A stretch of DNA of 64,000 bases, from assembly GCA_951406725.2 (NCBI GenBank), contig OX597827.1, forward strand, positions 7,254,001 through 7,318,000, given 5' to 3'. This DNA is from Octopus vulgaris. Its lineage: Eukaryota. This document shows, piece by piece, positions 56,051-64,000 of this stretch. The position numbers and the translations under genes were made by a program. Position 1 is the first letter of the stretch; the number at the start of each line of letters is the position of its first letter. The notes under the pieces are model-generated. The model ran no database searches. It was given only the letters and a program-made list of their open reading frames with translations, and was not told where the DNA came from.

Positions 56051-57469
56051 CTTGTATGTTATTCTCATGGAGAAGCTGGTAGAGTGTGATTTGAGATAGA
56101 TTTGGTTTCTATTTTCAGCTGGCCTACTGACCATGAAAAGACTCCCTCTGCTGTAGCAGACCACATTAGTACCAGAAGAGTTACTAATGGTGTTGGTGTT
56201 GTAGTGGTCATTTTTTTTTTTGTTGATATTGGTGGTGGTGTCGTTGGCAATAGTGGTGATACTGGTGATGACCAGAGAGCATGAAGATGGTAGTGATGGT
56301 GATAACAGTGAGGTGGAAATGGTGATGGAGGTAGTAACAGTGGTTATGATGGATGATGATGATGATGATGAGGGTGGATGATGATGATGGTGTTAAATGG
56401 TGTTAATGTTGGTATATTGATAATAGTGTCGATGGTAGTGACAGTGGTGATAGTAATGGTGTTGGTGGCGTGGATGGTGGTAATAATAAATGTGATGCCA
56501 ATGATGATGGTGAGGGTAGTAGTGGATATATTATCTGTAAGTGTTGAAGATGGTGGTGGTGGTGGTAGTGACGGTGGTGTTGTTGGTAGTGGTAGTGGTG
56601 GTGATGGTGGTGATGATGGAACCGAGTTAATGGTCTTCGTTGATGTTGGTGCTACTAAATGTGTGAATGTTAGTAACAACAGTGGAGTGGTAGATGTTAT
56701 AACAAAGGTGGCGGTAATTGTAACGGTTTGTGCCACTAAAGATAGTGCTGGTGGCACCAGTAGTAATAGTTGTTGTTGTTGTTGTTGTTGTTTACACCAG
56801 TGTTTCAGAAACTGGCAAATACCAGACCCTCCCCTATTCCCACTAAAGGATTAATGAAATTCTTTGGACCCCTCCACTCTGTTACTTAGACAACAAAATA
56901 AAGTTTGCAGCCGTAGAATTCTTCCCCGTCTTTGCTAGGTAGTAGGGCATGGAAACCAACTCGTGGCAGATTTGTTAGAGAATCTGAAAAAAAATGCCTT
57001 AAGTAGTTGCTTCGGCTCTTAACAGTCCAAGTTCAAATCGCACCAAGGTCAACTTCGCCTTTTTTTTTTCCCCTCCAAAGTTCATTGAAACAAAGTACCA
57101 GTTAAATACTGGAGTTGATATAATCAACTAATCCTTTATTTCAAAATTACTGGTCTTGTGTGCCTTAATCAGAAATTCTAGTATCTGATCAACCCACCAA
57201 AAATCCTCAGAACCCCATCCCAGGTGAGGGTGGTAGCTGGTCATCTCTTTGTAAAGACACTGGTTTAGACCACGAGAGATCTGATTAAGTGTAAATCTAG
57301 GACTTAAGACGTTCCAGCCATGATCAGCTCAACTTCTTGTTTGTTCAGGACTGACATTGTCCAAAGTGATCAATTTTTTAAAGATGATAGATTGGTATCT
57401 GAGGGAGTGATTTAGCTATTATTTCTAACAAATTGAGCAACCACACAGAACAGTAGATCTGAATTTTTT

Positions 57470-57525
<56 letters not shown>

Positions 57526-57649
57526 TTGTTGGAAGAATAAAATTAGTCATGGTGATAAGTGTGAGGACTCCCTGATTGAACACAAACATATGATCAAAGA
57601 CATTCACATCCTGACCATCCCATATTATATAGACTATATACACATACAT

Positions 57650-57717
<68 letters not shown>

Positions 57718-57754
57718 TAATATATATATATATACGCGAGAATGAAGCAACAAG

Positions 57755-57817
57755 AATGGATAGGTTTTTAGTACAATCGTTTCATACATGAAACGATTGT
57801 ACTAAAAACTATCCATT
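57755..57817. repeat. Near-perfect ~30-bp fold-back with GAAACGATTGTA on both strands
   Basis: aatggataggtttttagtacaatcgtttcat-ac-atgaaacgattgtactaaaaactatccatt (one bulged G). Confidence 0.85.
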
Positions 57818-57928
57818 ATATAATCACCCCACATTACTGTATTGTTAAATCAGTATAGTTTTTTTGGTGCATCTAAGTTAGGTACCATATTCAAGTAAAT
57901 TCATTTAAATTAACTTGAATCTTTATTG

Positions 57929-57977
<49 letters not shown>

Positions 57978-58135
57978 TTATATTTTGTGAAATAGAAAGA
58001 TGAATAATCTTGTTGCAGATTAATCAAAAGTTTAACCGATACCATGGTAGCAAAAATCACAGCAGAAGACAGCACGGTTGGAGGTACAACCATATGGTGT
58101 TGCAACCGTGCGTTGGTGCGGATAATTGAATTTTA

Positions 58136-58196
58136 ATATTATTAGTGAATTGAAGAAATGGAGTTCAACTCCATTTCTTCAATTCACTAATAATAT
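58136..58196. repeat. Perfect palindrome, 30-bp arms, 1-nt loop
   Basis: atattattagtgaattgaagaaatggagtt-c-aactccatttcttcaattcactaataatat. Confidence 0.9.
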
Positions 58197-58199
58197 ATA

Positions 58200-59235
58200 T
58201 CTTTATATATATAAACTGAGAATGTGTGTCTGTCTGTCTGTGTGTTTCCCTAAAACTTGAGAACTACACAACCAATTTCATTCAAATTTTACACATGCCT
58301 TACTTAGGATCCATGTAGTTTCATGGGTAAAAAAAATGTTCAACTTCTTGCCTAGAGTGAGCCCATAGCAATATCATATCTTCTCCACTATTTCAGTATT
58401 ACATGTTAAAAGTGAAACAAAAACATTTCTCTATTTTATGTATGTCAGATACTTTCACTTTAACAATAAAAATAATAATAACAATTGAATTATATGTAGT
58501 AAGTAATAATTAAAATCAAACCAAAGTATAATATAATTGTAACATAACAAAAGTAAAAATAGCAATTGGTATAAAATTGCATCAATGACTTGAACTTGAA
58601 TAAGTGGTTTCACATGAATGGGAATAAATTAAAAATAAAATTAGCGTGCAGAAATGGAATAGTCCAGATGGATAATAAAAAATTAAATTAAAGAAAAGAC
58701 TATTGTCTTTAAAGTATACAATGTAGAGAAAAAAGAAGATTTGAACACATGTAGGAAAGCACCTTCGAAAAGTGTCTTGGTGCGACTATGAAAGATATCT
58801 AATCAGAGGCGGTAAATTCGCCACAATAGAAGCAAGGTTCGAGTCAACGGAGCGTGCAAGGGAGTACTTGACTTGAACTTGCAAAGTGGAAATATTTTAT
58901 TTTTACCTTTATATCTGGGACGTAGGACGTCTCGGAAAAAAATTTAAAATGCCCCACCCTCAAGTAGAGGTAGGCTGGATTGTAGCCACACTTGTATACA
59001 AGAGGGAGGACAAGATACAATTGATCGAAATTACAAGAGACGGGCTAACAATTCCAGTCTGTTATATATTTTGAGTATTGTTATCACTAGCGATATCAAG
59101 ATATAACTTTGAAGTTTTTTGTATTTTATGTGTAGATGTATATATATAGATGTACATGTAATATGTACACATATATATACACATATATACATGCACTAGC
59201 ACTATTACCCGGCAACGATGGGTCTTTAATGCTAG
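58200..59235 (+). mobile_element. Non-autonomous Helitron
   Basis: Starts A|TCTTTATATATATAAA, (GTCT)n block, 3' hairpin acccggcaacgatgggt, ends CTAG|T, no TSD. Confidence 0.8.
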
Positions 59236-59250
59236 TATATATATATATAT

Positions 59251-59449
59251 AGGGAGAGTTTATGAAAAAAACAAAAGACGAAGACAGGTGGTGTATAAAA
59301 CAAACAGATGTATTAGTATAACGCTCAGGAATAGAAAAAGTCTTTTATGTTTTGAGCCTACGCTCTTCTACAGAAAGGAACGCAGAAAGAAACAAGGAGA
59401 GAAAAAAGGAAAGAAAAAATGTGTGTAGTGGCTAACGATCTATCATGGC
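59251..59449 (-). mobile_element. Short (TA)n-embedded element with decayed hammerhead-like motif (59342-59377)
   Basis: Minus strand: cttt-CTGTAGA-a-gagc-gtag-gctc-AAAACATA-aaag; related truncated element at 29848-29970 keeps ctcGAAACGTT. Confidence 0.5.
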
Positions 59450-59472
59450 AATATATATATATATATGCACTG

Positions 59473-59518
<46 letters not shown>

Positions 59519-60739
59519 ATTTTTTCATTATTGGTGGGGTGCATTTTTTGGTGGGATGGGGGATTCAGATTGAGAGGCAGGACAAAAATGGATGTGAAAT
59601 ACTGGATTAAATCAATGCTATTATATATCTGAAACTTTTTGTTTTGACTCTCACATTTATTACCATCAAATTTACAAAAAAGGCAAAATCCCTGTAGACC
59701 CAATTAGAAATGATTACATAAAGAAGAAAGAGCAACATCAACTAAATAGGAAATACTATTTTAAGTATTCCAGCAAGCATGGGAGGCAACTCTGTACATA
59801 TTTCAGGCTTATTAGACTTTCACAGCAAATTATAGATTTTTCTTATACTGAAGTAGTAATGAGAGAGTCATTAAGTCATTGTACAATATTGTGAGCAAGT
59901 GTGAGAAACTAGCATACTAAAAATAAATGTATCAACCAATGTGGTTATTTACTTAGACATGCCTTCTGCATGAAAAACAGTATTTAAAAGTCATGTTAAT
60001 ACATTTAATGGAGTGAACAATTTAAGACAACATGAACTGAATGAAATCTAACGTAATGTGTTGTTTTGTTAGAATGCCAAATACAGCAGTACAGACCATG
60101 AGAGGACTTGTCATTTGGAAGTATGATGCATAAAAGCACGCATATTTATATCACTGGCAGATGAGAATCATCTGCTACGAACGCCAGAACTGCAAGATTA
60201 CTTGATTTCGACATACTGTGTCACATCAGAGACAGCCATACACCAGCCATATACAAGCCAAGTCTCACTGCCAGGAGTATTTAGAATTTCAGTACCTAAT
60301 ATGGAATAGTAAGCTAATGTCTGAAGAAATGTTTTTCATTACACTTATGCTGTTGTTGTTGTTACTGCTGCTGCTAATGATAGTGATAAAAAATATGGAG
60401 GGAGGGAGGGAGGAGAAGAGGATGGGGTAGGGACAGGAAAGGATGATGAGGGGGTAACCTACTCTACAGACCAGATATGCTGTTCCTTTTTTACACATTT
60501 TGCAACCCTCTTTTGTAAAAGCGTGAAATCAAGTGCTCAACCCATTAGACTCACAATTGTTAGTAAGTATGATTCTTGGACTGAGCTCTGTGCTGTGTCC
60601 TTGGCAATTCACTATATTTCATATTGCTCTTGGTCCTACTCTGAAAGTGAGTTGCAGAGTGGGACCTCACAGACTACAAAACCGAAATCTTGTAAATGCC
60701 AGACATCAATGGGCCTTGATGGCCATGGTACACTGGATT

Positions 60740-61330
60740 GATGAATTACTCTTTACACATTACCATTCGTCGATATGTTCATAATTTACCTCTACATATC
60801 ATCGTTCTCCCTTTACATATTGGCAATACCCTTTTAAACATTATCAGTCCTGTTACACATTATCAGTTCCTCTTTACACATTAGCTGTTCCCCTTTACAT
60901 ATTAGCTGTTCCCCTTTACCCTTTAACAATTCCCTTTTAAACATTATCAGTCCCCTGTTTTACATTATCACTTTCTCTTTACACATTAGCTATTCCCCTT
61001 TACATATTAGCTGTTCCCCTTTACCCTTTAACAATTCCCTTTTAAACATTATCAGACCCCTGTTTTACATTATCACTTTCTCTTTACACATTAGCTATTC
61101 CCCTTTACATATTAGCTGTTCCCCTTTACCCTTTAACAATTCCCTTTTAAACATTATCAGTCCCCTGTTTTACATTATCACTTTCTCTTTACACATTAGC
61201 AATTCCCTTTTACACATTAGCAATTTGCCTTTACACATTAGCAATACCCCATTACACATTATCACTCCCCCTTTACACATTATCATCTCTACATTACACA
61301 TGATCAATTCTCCTTTATAAATTATCAATA
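60740..61330. repeat. ~21-bp minisatellite with a 105-bp higher-order repeat
   Basis: cctttacacattagctgttcc-like units; acattatcag.cccctgtttt recurs at 60941, 61046, 61151. Confidence 0.88.
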
Positions 61331-61524
61331 TTTTTCATATATTTCGCTTCACAATTTGTGAACAATACCATCATTGGTTATAGATCTCCGAAGGGTGTGA
61401 TTAATGGTGTGAGAATTAAGTTTCACAAATGAGATGACATAATGTATAATTACTAAAACCAATATCACACTTACTAATTGGTTATGATGCTATAATGTTG
61501 ATCAGACAGAAAAGTATTGGCATC

Positions 61525-61530
61525 ACAATG

Positions 61531-61589
<59 letters not shown>

Positions 61590-61602
61590 GATATTAATAA
61601 TA

Positions 61603-61650
<48 letters not shown>

Positions 61651-61666
61651 TATTAATAATAGTAAT

Positions 61667-61704
<38 letters not shown>

Positions 61705-61763
61705 TAATAATAATAATGATATTAATAATAGTAATATTAATAATGATAATAATAATAATAATG

Positions 61764-61823
<60 letters not shown>

Positions 61824-61835
61824 GTAATAATAATG
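61525..61835. repeat. (AAT)n microsatellite
   Basis: Direct. Confidence 0.95.
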
Positions 61836-63034
61836 AACTGTATGCAATAGTCTGTGATACTTACTTTGCAATAAAGCGTGTTCATGAATGCCAATAACAT
61901 TAGTTGCTTCATAATACTATATTTTTTTTATTATAGGCACAAGGTTTGAAATTTGTTGGGGAGGGTGCAGTCAATTATATCCCCCTCAGTGCTCAGATGG
62001 TGCTTATTTTATCAACCCCAAATGAATGAAAAGCAAAGTTGACCTGGACAATATTTGAACTTGAAACGTAAAGCTGGAAGCGCTTGTGGTTCTGCCACCA
62101 TGCCACATTTAGTTGTTTTATAAGATAATACATGAAGTTGATTAGCAATGGTATATGAAAGTTAAATGTATTTATTTTCAACTCACGATGTCAGTTTTAT
62201 ATAAATGGATCTCTGTAGATTTCGACTGACTGTGTTCAGTTGTTTAATGAATTGAACTATCTACTTATTGCAATAATGCCCTGAATAGTTGAGCATTCCA
62301 ATATACATGTGTTCTTAAGCAAGTTCTCAAATAGAACCAGCATGATAGCATGTCTTGTCCTAAGGCTGCACCTCTGATTTACAAGTGCAATGCATCCAAT
62401 TTTTCATGTAATAACCATGTAAGTGGCTGAGTACTCCAAGGCCATTTATATCGTTAACAGAATTCTGAAGTAGAATCAGAATGACACAGTGTCTCAAGGC
62501 CGGGTCTTTTGTACCCTTATAATTCCTAATCTTGGCAGTGTGGTTAAGAAGCTTGCTTTTCAACTATGTGCTGTTGTGTTCAATTCAATTGCATCACAAC
62601 TTGGGCAAATGCTTTTTACCATTGTCTTGCAAAGCCTTGTGAGTTAATTTGGCAGGTGGAAACTGAAGGAAACTGGTCGATTCCTCACCTTCTTCTGAAT
62701 CAAATTTCTTCCCATGCCATACACTTGCCTCTCAGCCCCTCTCAGCTTCTGCAGACTACCCAACAATGTCATCTTATTTTTGAACAAATCTTTTCTTCAG
62801 AAACAGAAGAAAGTCCAATAGAAAAGAAATGTGGTTACATTTTGAAAACAAGCCAGGCACATACAGACACAGACACACATGCATACATACAACCATACAT
62901 ACATACAACCATACATACATACATACATACATACATACATACATACATACATACATACATACATGCATGCATACATACATACATACATACATACATACAT
63001 ACATACATACATACATACATACATACCTTTCCTT

Positions 63035-63575
63035 CATTGGACACTAAACTCTGCTTGTGAAGAACTGTTGAGGCAAGTGAAATTGAAATCGAAATGAAAT
63101 TCGATGACTGGCATCCATGCTAGTGGAGCGCTAAGAGCACCATCCGAGCATGATCGTTGCCAGAGCAACAAACTGGCCTCCGTGCCAGAGGCATGTAAAA
63201 AGCACCATTCAAGTGTCATTGTTACCTGCGTCACCTTACTGGCACTTGTGCTGGTGGCACATGAAAAAATATTTGAGCGAGGTCCTTGCCAGTGCCACTG
63301 GACTGGCTCCTGTGCAGGTGGCACATAAAAAACACCATTTCGAGCATGGCCGTTGCCAGTACCACCAGACTGGCCCTCGTGCCAGTGGCATGTAAAAGCA
63401 CCCACTACACTCTCGGAATGGTTGGCATTAGGAAGGGCATCCAGGTGTAGAAGCTCTGCCAGATCAGATTGAAGTCTGGTGCAGCCATCTGGTTCGCCAG
63501 TCCTCAGCCAAATCGTTCAACCCATGCCAGCATGGAAAGCGGACATCAATCAATGATGATGATGATGATGATGAT
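63035..63575 (+). mobile_element. Family D element with internal ~65-bp units
   Basis: Reverse complement of the 23120-23580 type, (TGA)n tail. Confidence 0.85.
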
Positions 63576-63579
63576 ATAA

Positions 63580-63805
63580 GGCGGCGAGCTGGCAGAAATG
63601 TTAGCATGCCAGGCGAAATACATAGCTGTATTTCGTCTGCCGTTATGTTCTGAGTTCAAATTCTGCCGAGGTCGACTTTGCCTTTCATCCTTTCGGGGTC
63701 GATAAATTAAGTACCAGTTATGCACTGGGGTCGATGTAATCGACTTAATCCGTGTGTCTGTCCTTGTCCCCTCTGTGTTTAGCCCCTTGTAGGTAATAAA
63801 GACAT
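63580..63805 (+). mobile_element. SINE family A
   Basis: ggcggcgagctggcagaa head to tail. Confidence 0.9.
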
Positions 63806-63861
63806 AGATGATGATGATGATATATATATATATATACACATACATACATATATATATATAC

Positions 63862-64000
63862 TTTTTTTCACGTTGCTCCAGTTCACTCAGCTGTAGAAAT
63901 GAGTTGCGACGTCACAGGTGCCAAGCTGTATCGACCTTTGTCTTTCCCTTGGATAACACTGGTGGCGTGGAGAGGGGAGGCCGGTATGCATGGGCGACTA
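63862..64000 (+). mobile_element. SINE family C fragment, runs off window
   Basis: ttgctccagttcactcagctgtagaaatgagttgcgac. Confidence 0.8.

Noticed and set aside
55680-56800. ORFs of 119-158 aa
   Set aside because: Degenerate (GGT/GAT)n low-complexity sequence
60073-60300. Plus-strand acceptor-like site with unique sequence
   Set aside because: Early stops in the frames read and no donor identified

Overview
AT-rich, microsatellite-dense animal genomic DNA. The repeat repertoire (several tRNA-derived SINE families, mariner, CR1, Dong/R4, very abundant (TA)n/(TACA)n/(AAT)n/(CAT)n) suggests an octopus-type cephalopod genome (inference). Almost all ORF-track entries are translations of microsatellites or SINEs. 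The best host-gene signal is a minus-strand gene of unknown function: an internal exon (54985-54835) and a phase-compatible terminal exon (4533-4253) with a ~1.8 kb 3' UTR, so most of the window is probably intronic. Mobile elements: a full-length decayed mariner (38580-39865), a rosa/DD41D-like Tc1/mariner interrupted by a SINE (5925-7211), a Tigger fragment, piggyBac-type and pogo-type MITEs, a non-autonomous Helitron with a captured coding-like fragment (58200-59235), Dong/R4 and CR1 LINE 3' fragments, five or more SINE families and several tandem arrays. The most interesting signal is a set of short, often fold-back elements embedded in (TA)n tracts that carry minimal type I hammerhead-ribozyme folds of the Penelope-associated kind: a canonical C3-G8 core (50973-51054), a U3-A8 core inside a perfect 173-bp inverted repeat (51833-52418), a G3-C8 core (43208-43258), and several decayed copies. 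All folds were read by eye; cleavage is untested.
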